DNA from: a virus
Taxonomy: Duplodnaviria > Caudoviricetes
Strand: one strand, 5' to 3'
Length of the DNA: 53,935 bases
Virus record (IMG/VR): IMGVR_UViG_3300048836_000129
Coordinates: 1-53,935 of that record
Below the pieces are notes generated by a model. It saw only the letters and a program-made list of their open reading frames with translations. It did not search any database and was not told the DNA's origin. Made by a program: the position numbers and the translations under genes. Shown here piece after piece: positions 10,247-19,272 of the stretch. Position 1 is the first letter of the stretch; every line of letters begins with the position of its first letter.

Positions 10247-10461
10247 TTTGGTTCACGCGATTTTGAAAGCCTTTCGGCCATTTCACGTTTTTGATCATCT
10301 GAAAGAACTCGTTTTACCCTAAACGGATTCTTTCCAAATCTGTAATCATAAAGAGGGCATGAGTTTTCACCTCCGCATGATTCAACATCTTTCCAAGACC
10401 CTACACATTGAACGCAATGTTTCCTGATGCTTTTTAACGGGCTCACATATTCTTTTTCCAT
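10243..10461 (-). CDS. Small Cys-rich phage protein
   Basis: SPLKSIRKHCVQC...CPLYDYRFGKNP; GGAGG RBS; first gene after a promoter. Confidence 0.7.
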   Translation of the reverse strand: MEKEYVSPLKSIRKHCVQCVGSWKDVESCGGENSCPLYDYRFGKNPFRVKRVLSDDQKREMAERLSKSREPK

Positions 10462-10485
10462 AATCCCTCCTTTTTATTTCAAATC

Positions 10486-10513
10486 AATTTATCACACAGG
10501 GCGAAAAAGTCAA
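10486..10513 (-). promoter_or_regulatory. Sigma70-type promoter, extended -10 (leftward)
   Basis: TTGACT-N13-TGA-TAAATT on the minus strand. Confidence 0.65.
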
Positions 10514-10526
10514 CACAATAATTTTT

Positions 10527-10548
10527 TCACAAAACAAACTTTTTGTGA
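10527..10548. promoter_or_regulatory. Inverted repeat, candidate operator between divergent promoters
   Basis: TCACAAAA-N6-TTTTGTGA abutting the rightward -35. Confidence 0.5.
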
Positions 10549-10576
10549 TTGACATTTAAAACCGTTTTGATATTGT
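10549..10576 (+). promoter_or_regulatory. Sigma70-type promoter, extended -10 (rightward, recombination operon)
   Basis: TTGACA-N13-TGA-TATTGT, followed by AAGGAG RBS. Confidence 0.7.
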
Positions 10577-10597
10577 ACTTTTTAAAGGAGATCCGAC

Positions 10598-10858
10598 ATG
10601 GACAAAAACGCTCAGATTAAAAAACGGTTTATTAAATTCTTAAAAGACAATGGAATTTTTTATCTTTATAGATTTAATACCATGAAATGGCATGGGAAGA
10701 AAATAAAAACCATGCCTGAAAGATTATTTTATTTTTTCCCGTGGTCTACGGCTGAAATGTTCGGATATTTCAATTCCATCGAGAGTTATGATTTCTGGGA
10801 AAAACAACATGAAAAATGGATCGAAATTTTAAAGGAGGAATTTGACTATGCACGATAA
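10598..10858 (+). CDS. Hypothetical protein (paralog of the C-terminal half of 22792..23169)
   Basis: RFIKFLKDNG...FW....EKW..ILK; good RBS. Confidence 0.7.
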   Translation: MDKNAQIKKRFIKFLKDNGIFYLYRFNTMKWHGKKIKTMPERLFYFFPWSTAEMFGYFNSIESYDFWEKQHEKWIEILKEEFDYAR

Positions 10859-11489
10859 TATGAAAATATGGGAGAATCTAAAACAAGTCCCCCCTACATG
10901 CGCCAAACAAATTCAAGCAGGGCGACTGAAAGGTATGACCGATATAAAACCACAATGGCGAATCCAGGCCATGACAAACCAATTTGGGCCATGTGGCGTT
11001 GGTTGGAAATATACTATTGATAAACAATGGATAGAGCAAGGTTCAGACGGGAACGTGTTCGCTTTTGTTAACATTTCGTTGTATTTTAAGCATGATTCAA
11101 AATGGAGTGACGCCATACCAGGGACGGGTGGATCAATGCTTATAGTCAAAGAAAAAAATGGTCTACATAACAACGATGAATCATACAAGATGGCCCTTAC
11201 AGATGCTCTGTCTGTTGCCATGAAATCTATAGGAGTGGCCGCCGATATATATTTAGGCGCATTCGATGGATCAAAATACAATAACACATCTGATCTTACA
11301 AACGACCCCATAGAAAAAATAAGTTTAAAACAAGTCTCTGAATTGACAGATCTTATTCTTGAATCTGCATCGAATGAATCTAAATTTTTGGGATATATGG
11401 GGGTTGAAAATATTGAAGATATAACAACTAATAACTACGAAAAAGGCAAAAAAGCGCTTTTAGCCAAAATAGAAGGGATGAAGAAATGA
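10842..11489 (+). CDS. Rad52/Sak-like single-strand annealing protein
   Basis: FGPCGVGWKY, GTGGS, YKMALTDALSVAMKSIGVAADIY; adjacent to an exonuclease. Confidence 0.8.
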   Translation: MTMHDNMKIWENLKQVPPTCAKQIQAGRLKGMTDIKPQWRIQAMTNQFGPCGVGWKYTIDKQWIEQGSDGNVFAFVNISLYFKHDSKWSDAIPGTGGSMLIVKEKNGLHNNDESYKMALTDALSVAMKSIGVAADIYLGAFDGSKYNNTSDLTNDPIEKISLKQVSELTDLILESASNESKFLGYMGVENIEDITTNNYEKGKKALLAKIEGMKK

Positions 11490-12091
11490 TCATCATCCGA
11501 GACATCGAACAGGGAAAGCCAGAATGGGACCAACTCCGTCTTGGAATCCCCACAGCTTCAAAGTTTGGAGATATCATCACGGCAGATGGCAAGCATTCAA
11601 AAAGCCGTCAAGCTTATCTTTATCGCCTTGCAGGTGAGCGTATCACAGGTCAGGTTTACAAGGGATGGCATGGGGACGTTTTCGACCGTGGTCATGAGAT
11701 GGAACAGGAGATTAGAGAAACATACGAATTTATAAAAGATTGCAACGTTGAAACCGTGGCTTTTATTTATAAAGACGAAATAAGAAGATTCGGAGTTTCT
11801 CCAGATGGAATTATGATCGATCTTAAAGGTGGTTTCGAGGCAAAGTCAGCCGCACCGAATGTTCAGGCTGAAAGACTTCATAAAGGCTGGACAGGCGCGG
11901 AACACCACAGGCAAGTTATGGGCTGTCTGCTTGCTACTGGATTTGAATGGTGGGATCTTGTTTCATATTGCCCCGGCATGAAACCGGTAATCAAAAGATT
12001 CTACCGTGATGAAAAGTTTCTTGAAATCCTTGAAAATGAAATCAATATATTTTGCGATGAACTTGACGAGATCGTAAGGGCCATATCATGA
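11486..12091 (+). CDS. YqaJ/lambda-type exonuclease
   Basis: QGKPEWDQLRLGIPTAS, RGHEME, SPDG...FEAK, QVMG motifs. Confidence 0.9.
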   Translation: MIIIRDIEQGKPEWDQLRLGIPTASKFGDIITADGKHSKSRQAYLYRLAGERITGQVYKGWHGDVFDRGHEMEQEIRETYEFIKDCNVETVAFIYKDEIRRFGVSPDGIMIDLKGGFEAKSAAPNVQAERLHKGWTGAEHHRQVMGCLLATGFEWWDLVSYCPGMKPVIKRFYRDEKFLEILENEINIFCDELDEIVRAIS

Positions 12092-12321
12092 AAAAACTTG
12101 ATTATAAAATGACCGGTGATGTTCTGAACGGGATGACCCTTGAAGCAGCAGCAGATAAACACGGATACGCCTCAAAACAATCGGCACAATATACTTTCCG
12201 TTTGACCGTTGTCAAATTTTTTCTTCCATCTGAAAGGTCTGAAATTGATAAAAACAACCATGATTTGAGATGGTTAAGAAAAAGGTATAAACAGACACAA
12301 AATGAATATTTCAAACTTTAA
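12088..12321 (+). CDS. Hypothetical protein, possibly HTH
   Basis: GMTLEAAADKHGYASKQSA helix-turn-helix-like segment; ATGA coupling. Confidence 0.5.
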   Translation: MKKLDYKMTGDVLNGMTLEAAADKHGYASKQSAQYTFRLTVVKFFLPSERSEIDKNNHDLRWLRKRYKQTQNEYFKL

Positions 12322-12331
12322 GGAGAAGAAA

Positions 12332-12697
12332 ATGAAAACTATGAATTATGAATTAAAAAAAACAAAAAATGGATACATGTATAGTGGTTCTCTCAATCTT
12401 GAAGGCTGCATCGGCTTGACATCTTTGCCTGAGAATCTTTCCGTGGGTGATTCTATCGATCTTGAGGGTTGTACCGGATTGACCAATTATCCGGCTGTCC
12501 ATAACTGCGGCAATGAAAACAGAACAATCTATATTAAGAAACAAAATCCTAAATTAATACATATAGGATGTTTTGTGGGGACCAAAAAAGAGGCAATCAA
12601 CGCTGTAAAGCTAAAATACGGTCACGATTCAAATGATTATGTGGCCAAAATAAAAAAATGTTTCAAAATTGCAGAGTCAAAATGGGGAGGTAAATAA
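12332..12697 (+). CDS. Short LRR-like repeat protein
   Basis: LNLEGCIGLTSLPENLSVGDSIDLEGCTGLT plus IHIGCFVGT tail; AAGGAG RBS supports a start at 12332. Confidence 0.6.
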   Translation: MKTMNYELKKTKNGYMYSGSLNLEGCIGLTSLPENLSVGDSIDLEGCTGLTNYPAVHNCGNENRTIYIKKQNPKLIHIGCFVGTKKEAINAVKLKYGHDSNDYVAKIKKCFKIAESKWGGK

Positions 12698-12700
12698 AAA

Positions 12701-13357
12701 ATGGAAACAATCGGAATGTTCAAGCTGAATAAGATAAAAGAAACAAATCTAAAAATCGCGTCAAGGATCGGCGTTTCAGATCCTATGATTAGTTATTATA
12801 AGAAGGGAATTAAACGCCCGACGAAAGACAGAATTATTTCCAAGTTCGAAACGATTTACAATATAAAACCCGAGGACTGGGTTGTTTTAAGAGACGAGAA
12901 AAAACCAGCTCCATCATCAAATCCGGAATTGCGAGAAAATGCTATCAAAAATAAAGAAAATAGAAAGAATGAAACCGTAAAAATATCTATTCCTCATTTT
13001 CTTGACCAGTTTTCAATCCTTGAAGGTTGCCAGTGCCCGGTTTGCCATTTTTATAATTATGATCCTGGTCGAGATGTTTGTAAATTAATGGTCCGGGATA
13101 TCACGGGTATTGATTGCCGGAACGAAAAAGTCGTTTTCATCAAAAAAGAGATCTGGGCAGAGTGCAATCATTCGAATACGATACCGGGTTGCGTTGTTCG
13201 CCACAAAACAAGTCATTTAAAATCGAATGTTATTCATGTCATGCCTCAAGATACCGGAGAATATAAATATGATGTAATCGTGAAGCGAGTTGACAACGGA
13301 GCTATACAGAAATGGAACATGATGAATCTTGAAGTTTTGGAGGAGTTAAATATATGA
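12701..13357 (+). CDS. XRE-HTH domain protein with C-terminal extension
   Basis: IASRIGVSDPMISYYKKGIKRP. Confidence 0.65.
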   Translation: METIGMFKLNKIKETNLKIASRIGVSDPMISYYKKGIKRPTKDRIISKFETIYNIKPEDWVVLRDEKKPAPSSNPELRENAIKNKENRKNETVKISIPHFLDQFSILEGCQCPVCHFYNYDPGRDVCKLMVRDITGIDCRNEKVVFIKKEIWAECNHSNTIPGCVVRHKTSHLKSNVIHVMPQDTGEYKYDVIVKRVDNGAIQKWNMMNLEVLEELNI

Positions 13358-13569
13358 ACATAATAAATTATGTCTTATCAATTGCTTGCGGATTGATTAT
13401 TGGGGTTACATGTATATTGGCCGCCCACATGTTAACAGATACTATCCCGGTTGTTTATTGGTCCACATCAAAAGACGAATGCGTGAAAGTTTATGACGGA
13501 TATCAAATAATCGAATGCAGTGAGTTCGATTTTTATGATGCAAAATATGAAAGGATTTGGGTCAAATGA
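13354..13569 (+). CDS. Small membrane-anchored protein
   Basis: N-terminal hydrophobic helix; PVVYWSTSKDECVKV. Confidence 0.6.
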   Translation: MNIINYVLSIACGLIIGVTCILAAHMLTDTIPVVYWSTSKDECVKVYDGYQIIECSEFDFYDAKYERIWVK

Positions 13570-13766
13570 ATAATTGCAAAAAATGCGCTGTCTTTGTGTA
13601 TGAACACAAGGAACGTGGCGACATAAAAGCCGTAAGCCTTAATGATGCCCAAAAATATGATTCCAGTCCAGAATGGTGGCTTATAGGTTCAATTCATGCA
13701 CCGGCCTACATCGAGCATACTTTGAAAGAAAACCACGATCTAATCGCCAAAATGAAGGGTGAATAA
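13566..13766 (+). CDS. Hypothetical protein
   Basis: ORF in coupled chain (ATGA overlap). Confidence 0.5.
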   Translation: MNNCKKCAVFVYEHKERGDIKAVSLNDAQKYDSSPEWWLIGSIHAPAYIEHTLKENHDLIAKMKGE

Positions 13767-14173
13767 TGCCTACACCAAGATCAATTATCAAGGAAATGCA
13801 AATCAAAAAAGCCCGTGAAATGATGGAAGATGAAAACATTTGCAGTAATGACCTTTTGGCTTGCATTATGATCGCGGATGGGATATCAACAAGAAGGATG
13901 GCTGAAATGATAGACGTAACACCTACAGCCATTGTTTTTTGGTGTGATAAATCACAGAAGCCACGGCTTGAGAACAGGAAAAAATTATTCGATCTGTTCG
14001 GTATATCCATGACAAAATGGAAAAGCCGAACGAAAGGACGGTTCAAAATGACCTGTGATAAATGCAAAAAAGAAATGATCATTATAGACTGGAAAGATGG
14101 GAAAACCCAGTCTGAAACGATTTATGAATGCCCTGAATGTAAACACAAAGTCAGGGAATTTAAGAAAAAATAG
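13766..14173 (+). CDS. XRE-HTH protein with C-terminal Zn ribbon
   Basis: ISTRRMAEMIDVTPTAIVFW; CDKC...CPEC. Confidence 0.65.
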   Translation: MPTPRSIIKEMQIKKAREMMEDENICSNDLLACIMIADGISTRRMAEMIDVTPTAIVFWCDKSQKPRLENRKKLFDLFGISMTKWKSRTKGRFKMTCDKCKKEMIIIDWKDGKTQSETIYECPECKHKVREFKKK

Positions 14174-14330
14174 GGCAGACTCCTGCAACGGAGCCGACTG
14201 ATGCTAAGTTCCTGAACTACGTTACAATCAGTCAACATGTCATCCCCGTTTTTCCCAAACAATTCTTGGTTCTGCCCGTAACACATATGCGCCAGGATGA
14301 GAGATGATATAATTTTAAAAAAATTATATA
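14173..14330 (+). ncRNA. Candidate structured RNA (omegaRNA/HEARO-like leader)
   Basis: Complementary pairs GGGCAGA/TCTGCCC, CTCC/GGAG, GACTGAT/ATCAGTC, GTTAC/GTAAC, TCATCC/GGATGA; CTAAG...ACTACGTT motif; 3' hairpin before the RBS. Confidence 0.5.
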
Positions 14331-14341
14331 GGAGAAGTAAA

Positions 14342-15349
14342 ATGAAAATTTATAACATTCCCACAGGGAAAATCGCAATAATGGATGGAGAAAAAGGAAA
14401 ACTTGAATTTCTTTCAATTGGTGATTATGGCGCAATAAATAATGTGAAAGCTGATTTTCTCGGATTAACAAAAGAAATTGATGGTGTTCCGAATGGAAAA
14501 ATAATGCCGCTTGAAGAAAAATGGGTTGTTACAATTTCTTCTCAATACTCATGTGCATCGAATTGTAAATTCTGTGATGTGCCAAAAGTTAACAATGGCC
14601 GCGCTATTAATGCGACATACAATGATTTGAAAAATCAAGTTGTCAATGCTTTGAAATTTTATCCAGAAGTTCAAGCAACAAAAAGATTGAATGTTCATGT
14701 TGCAAGAATGGGAGAACCTACTTGGAATAAAAATGTAATAACTTTTGGAAAAGATTTGTTGAAAATCGTAAGACCCTATATCAATAGATCGCACGTGCAT
14801 CCTGTTATATCAACTATGTTGCCAAAGAAAAATAAAAAACTCATGGAATTTTTAAATGAGTGGACAATTGAAATTAAAAATGAAAAATTTCGCGGTGCCG
14901 CCGGGCTTCAATTTTCTATCAATTCAACCAATGATGATCAAAGAAATGATATGTTTAATGGATCTTCATTGTCTCTTAATGAGATTTCAGAAATTGGTAA
15001 AAACTTAATTGATCCAATTGGCAGGAAATATGCTTTGAATTTTGCGCTTGCGGATGATTATGAAATTGATGCCAAAAAACTTAAATCTCTTTTCAATCCG
15101 AATAAATTTATGGTTAAAATTACTCCTTTGCATAAAACAAAATCATGTGATGAAAATAAAATCACGACTACAGGAGGATATGAATATTTCACACCTTATA
15201 AAAAAGTCGAAGAAGATTTGAAAAATGAAGGATTTGAGGTTCTTGTTTTTGTTCCTTCATATGACGAAGACCTCGGAAGAATTACGTGCGGAAATGCTAT
15301 TCTATCTGGAACAAAACCAGAAGTTGAACATAGTGTGGAATATATTTGA
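14342..15349 (+). CDS. Radical SAM protein, RlmN/Cfr-like
   Basis: ISSQYSCASNCKFC (CxxxCxxC), MGEP, ISTM, SINS...RNDM and C-terminal TCG; AGGAG RBS. Confidence 0.8.
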   Translation: MKIYNIPTGKIAIMDGEKGKLEFLSIGDYGAINNVKADFLGLTKEIDGVPNGKIMPLEEKWVVTISSQYSCASNCKFCDVPKVNNGRAINATYNDLKNQVVNALKFYPEVQATKRLNVHVARMGEPTWNKNVITFGKDLLKIVRPYINRSHVHPVISTMLPKKNKKLMEFLNEWTIEIKNEKFRGAAGLQFSINSTNDDQRNDMFNGSSLSLNEISEIGKNLIDPIGRKYALNFALADDYEIDAKKLKSLFNPNKFMVKITPLHKTKSCDENKITTTGGYEYFTPYKKVEEDLKNEGFEVLVFVPSYDEDLGRITCGNAILSGTKPEVEHSVEYI

Positions 15350-15768
15350 TTATGAAAAAACACATAAGATATTGCAACCCAAAACAAGGCCGGTTTAATT
15401 GGGAAAAAAGCCTAAATGACCTTCCAGAAAAACTTTCAAAATACGGAAGGGTAAAAGTAACTTTTGAAAAATATATTCCGATGAAAAGCCTTGACCAGCT
15501 TGGTTATTATCATGCCGGGATTCTCCCATTCCTTGAAAAAACACTTTTCAATGAAACAGGAATGGTGAAAGACGAATGGCACGAAGCATTAAAGGAAAAA
15601 TTGGGCTTGAAAAAAATATCGAAATGTGGCACGTTTCAAATCACTGTTTCTCATAAAGACTACACCGAAAAAGACATGTCCGACTACATAAACAGAGTGA
15701 TCGGATTTGCAAAAGATTTTTTTGGAGTAATCATCCCACCACCAATAACCATGGAGGAATATTTATGA
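15346..15768 (+). CDS. NinB-like recombination accessory protein
   Basis: KSLDQLGYYHA...HEALKE...S.KD.....MSDYINRV...GV.IP.P pattern. Confidence 0.55.
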   Translation: MIMKKHIRYCNPKQGRFNWEKSLNDLPEKLSKYGRVKVTFEKYIPMKSLDQLGYYHAGILPFLEKTLFNETGMVKDEWHEALKEKLGLKKISKCGTFQITVSHKDYTEKDMSDYINRVIGFAKDFFGVIIPPPITMEEYL

Positions 15769-15974
15769 TCTCGCTTGGAAAAGTTTTTGAACCTGTCGGA
15801 TATCCGCCAATGTGCAAATGCGGAAGATATGTTAGGCCGGAATTTTTAAACGAAACATCAAAACCGGCATATTGCCCAAATGTCCACCAAACAATCGGAA
15901 TTTTTTACAAGCCGTCGAAACCCGCCAAAGATGGCTTGTGTGATGTTTGCCATGATCTGAAATCAAGGAGGTAG
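15765..15974 (+). CDS. Hypothetical Cys-rich protein
   Basis: CKCG...LCDVCH; coupled ORF. Confidence 0.5.
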   Translation: MISLGKVFEPVGYPPMCKCGRYVRPEFLNETSKPAYCPNVHQTIGIFYKPSKPAKDGLCDVCHDLKSRR

Positions 15975-15976
15975 TT

Positions 15977-17350
15977 TTGGACTATCATGATTTTTTATTT
16001 AAAAAAAGGATAGTGCATAATCCTTCTGGTTTTGAGGTTGATACTTTTAATCCACTATTGATGGATTGGCAAATGGCATGTGTTCGATGGTCTTTATTTA
16101 AGGGGAAATCAGCATTGTTTGAAGGTACTGGACTTGGCAAAACAATACAATCTCTTGAATGGGCGTTTCATGTCAACAGGCATACAAATAAACCAGTCTT
16201 GATACTGGCACCTCTTGCTGTTTCAAAACAAACGAAAAGAGAGGGCGAGAAATTCGGATATGATGTAAATGTATGCAAAGATTCAAATGATCTTAAAAAT
16301 GGAATAAATGTAACAAACTATGAAAAAATAAAAAATTTCAATATTTCAGATATCGGTGGAATTATTCTGGATGAATCAGGGATACTCAAGGATTTCGCAG
16401 GCAAAACAAGAAATTATCTTATTGAGGTTTTTTCAAAAACCCCATATAAATTATGCGCCACGGCCACACCTTCGCCTAATGATTATACAGAACTTGGTGG
16501 AACATCGCATTTTTTGAACATTATGACTCGGTCTGAAATGCTTTCAATGTTTTTTGTGAATGATACAAAAGATACGGGTAATTGGAGATTGATGGGCCAT
16601 GTTAAAGATCATAGGTTCTGGGAGTTTGTTTCATCATGGGCGTTGATGATTTCGTCTCCATATGATATAGGATTCGATGGTTCAATGTATGATTTGCCAG
16701 ATCTCATATATCATAATCATGTAATCCCATATTCCGGTGAAAATTCATCTCTTTTTGTCGAACCAGCAAAAACAATGCTCGAAAGGAATCATGCAAGAAA
16801 AGAGTCTCTAAAAGAAAGATGTGTTCGTGCCGCTGAAGTCGTAAATTCATCAACTGATAATCATATAGTATGGTGCAATTTAAACGACGAAAGTTCCGAG
16901 CTTAAAAGACTCATAAAAGATTGCGTTGAGGTCAAGGGATCTGACTCAGAAATCCACAAAGAACAATCCATGCTTGATTTTCAAGACAACAAGATAAAAG
17001 TCCTTATCACAAAACCGTCTATTTGTGGCCATGGTATGAATTGGCAGAATTGTAACAATATGTCATTTGTTGGACTGTCTGATTCATTTGAGGAGATGTA
17101 TCAAGCAGTTAGAAGATGCTGGCGTTTCGGTCAAAAAAAACAAGTGCATGTAAATATCATAACAGGAGAAAGAGAGGGGCTTGTCGTAGAAAATATCAAA
17201 AGGAAAGAAAGGGATATGGAAATAATGAAGTCCGGTATGATTTCCCATATGAAAGAAATAATGAGAAAAGATATACTGAAGACGACAAGAAATGAAACCA
17301 AATATGAAACAAAAACAAAAATGAATATTCCATCATTTATAAGGGGATAG
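15977..17350 (+). CDS. SNF2-like SF2 helicase
   Basis: GTGLGKT, DESG, TATPSPN, QAVRRCWRFGQ; GGAGG RBS before TTG. Confidence 0.9.
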   Translation: MDYHDFLFKKRIVHNPSGFEVDTFNPLLMDWQMACVRWSLFKGKSALFEGTGLGKTIQSLEWAFHVNRHTNKPVLILAPLAVSKQTKREGEKFGYDVNVCKDSNDLKNGINVTNYEKIKNFNISDIGGIILDESGILKDFAGKTRNYLIEVFSKTPYKLCATATPSPNDYTELGGTSHFLNIMTRSEMLSMFFVNDTKDTGNWRLMGHVKDHRFWEFVSSWALMISSPYDIGFDGSMYDLPDLIYHNHVIPYSGENSSLFVEPAKTMLERNHARKESLKERCVRAAEVVNSSTDNHIVWCNLNDESSELKRLIKDCVEVKGSDSEIHKEQSMLDFQDNKIKVLITKPSICGHGMNWQNCNNMSFVGLSDSFEEMYQAVRRCWRFGQKKQVHVNIITGEREGLVVENIKRKERDMEIMKSGMISHMKEIMRKDILKTTRNETKYETKTKMNIPSFIRG

Positions 17351-17352
17351 CA

Positions 17353-19272
17353 ATGGAAATAATCGATCAAACAATTACAGACAACTTTGCAATGTATCAC
17401 GGAGATTGCGTTGAGGTTATAAAGGGAATACCAGACAATTCAATCCATTATTCAATTTTCTCGCCCCCGTTCGCGTCGTTGTTCACATATTCAAATTCTG
17501 ATAGAGATATGGGAAATTGCAAAACTGATGAAGAATTTAATACCCACTTTTCATTTCTTGTAAACGATCTATACCGTGTTATCATGAATGGACGTCTTGT
17601 TTCTGTGCATTGTATGAATATTCCAAGTATGAAAGAAAGAGACGGAGTGATTGGGCTAAAAGATTTCAGGGGTGATATAATCCGGTTGTTTCAAAAGGCT
17701 GGTTTTATATATCACTCAGAAGTTTGTATTTGGAAAGACCCCTTGATTGAAGCCACGAGAACAAAATCTCTTGGTCTTATGCACAAACAAATCCAGAAAG
17801 ACAGCTCCATGTGTCGCCAAGGTCTCCCAGACTATATTTGCACGTTCAGAAAGCCCGGAGAAAATCCTGAAAGGATTGGACATCCTAATGGGTTCGAATC
17901 ATTCCATGGAGAAAATGAACCTACAGAAAAAGGGATAAAATACAGTCACAATGTTTGGCGACGATATGCTGATCCCATCTGGCTTGACATTGACCAAACA
18001 AAAACTTTGAATTATAGAATGGCAAGAGACAAGGAAGATGAGAGGCATATTTGTCTTTCTGAAGGTTCCCTTGTTTTATCAAACGAAGGTTTTAAATCTA
18101 TCGAATCCATAAACATCGGGGATCTTGTACTAACACACAATGGGGACTGGAAACCCGTTATAGCCAAGGAGTACACTGGATTCAAAGAGGTTGTAAGGAC
18201 TAAAGCCACTGGCGTACCTAATCTTATAACAACTCCTACACATAAAATATGGTCAAGATCTTTGCAATATAAATATCATCCAACAAAGAAGTTTAATGAC
18301 CCCGAATGGAAAGACGCTAAAGATCTTGAAAAGTGCTATGTGAATCAAAAACTTCCACCTGTAATAAGTGAAGAAATTTTGACGGATAGAGAATGGTGGG
18401 TAGTGGGTCGGTTTCTTGCGGATGGCCATGTCGGAACACGAAATGATTTTTTCATAAGTGTTGGGAACCACAAATATCAGGAGTTTGAAGACAATGTTGG
18501 GATTGATTTTTTTGGGAATAAACATATCATAGGCAATTCAACTCAATTCAGATTAAAAAAAGTTTCAAACAATTTGAAAACAATCCTTGAAAAATGCGGA
18601 AAACTTGCCCACGAGAAACATGTCCCTATTGAGGGCATTTGTTTGAATGAAAGACAATCGGAATTTTTGTTGTCAGGTTATTTATCAGGCGATGGCCATG
18701 TAGATAAACATGGAAAAACACATGCTACTTCTGTCTCAAGGGCTCTTTTGCTTGGAATGTCCATTGTTATTCAAAGATGCAAAAACAAGATTGTATCTAT
18801 TTACCCAGGAAGAAAACCCGGGTATAAAATCATTGAAGGAAGAAAAGTCTATAAAAGACAAGAATGGATAATGCTTATTCCTAAGGATAATGCACATCAT
18901 TCATTCGGGAAAATTGTTGAAGATGGGGCATGGAAAAGAGTGTCAAAAATTCAAGATGCTGGTTTTTCTCATGTGTGGAATATTAGAGTTCTTGATGATG
19001 AATCTTACACGGCTGAGGGGTGTATTGTTAAAAATTGTCCCCTACAACTACAAACAATAGCCCGTTGCGTTGAATTATGGACAAACAAAGGCGATACCGT
19101 TTTAAGCCCCTTTGGTGGAATAGGGTCTGAAGGTTATCAGTCTCTTTTAATGGGAAGAAAATATATAGGTATTGAACTTAAAGAATCATATTATAAACAC
19201 GCCGTGAAACATCTCATGCAAGTCGAAAACAGACCAAAACAACTTGATTTATTTGGAGAGGAAATCATATGA
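17353..19272 (+). CDS. N4-C/N6-A DNA methyltransferase (intein-containing)
   Basis: GDCVEVIK, catalytic FSPPF, SAM-binding SPFGGIGS, GIELKESY. Confidence 0.9.
   Translation: MEIIDQTITDNFAMYHGDCVEVIKGIPDNSIHYSIFSPPFASLFTYSNSDRDMGNCKTDEEFNTHFSFLVNDLYRVIMNGRLVSVHCMNIPSMKERDGVIGLKDFRGDIIRLFQKAGFIYHSEVCIWKDPLIEATRTKSLGLMHKQIQKDSSMCRQGLPDYICTFRKPGENPERIGHPNGFESFHGENEPTEKGIKYSHNVWRRYADPIWLDIDQTKTLNYRMARDKEDERHICLSEGSLVLSNEGFKSIESINIGDLVLTHNGDWKPVIAKEYTGFKEVVRTKATGVPNLITTPTHKIWSRSLQYKYHPTKKFNDPEWKDAKDLEKCYVNQKLPPVISEEILTDREWWVVGRFLADGHVGTRNDFFISVGNHKYQEFEDNVGIDFFGNKHIIGNSTQFRLKKVSNNLKTILEKCGKLAHEKHVPIEGICLNERQSEFLLSGYLSGDGHVDKHGKTHATSVSRALLLGMSIVIQRCKNKIVSIYPGRKPGYKIIEGRKVYKRQEWIMLIPKDNAHHSFGKIVEDGAWKRVSKIQDAGFSHVWNIRVLDDESYTAEGCIVKNCPLQLQTIARCVELWTNKGDTVLSPFGGIGSEGYQSLLMGRKYIGIELKESYYKHAVKHLMQVENRPKQLDLFGEEII
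18052..19035 (+). mobile_element. Intein with LAGLIDADG homing endonuclease (328 aa)
   Basis: RHI|CLSEGSLV start, block B TPTH, VGRFLADGH and LSGYLSGDGH, end YTAEGCIVKN|CPLQL; removal restores RHICPLQL. Confidence 0.92.

Noticed and set aside
14197-14235. Hammerhead ribozyme (CTGATG core)
   Set aside because: Reads CTGATGC rather than CTGATGA, and there is no correctly placed GAAA
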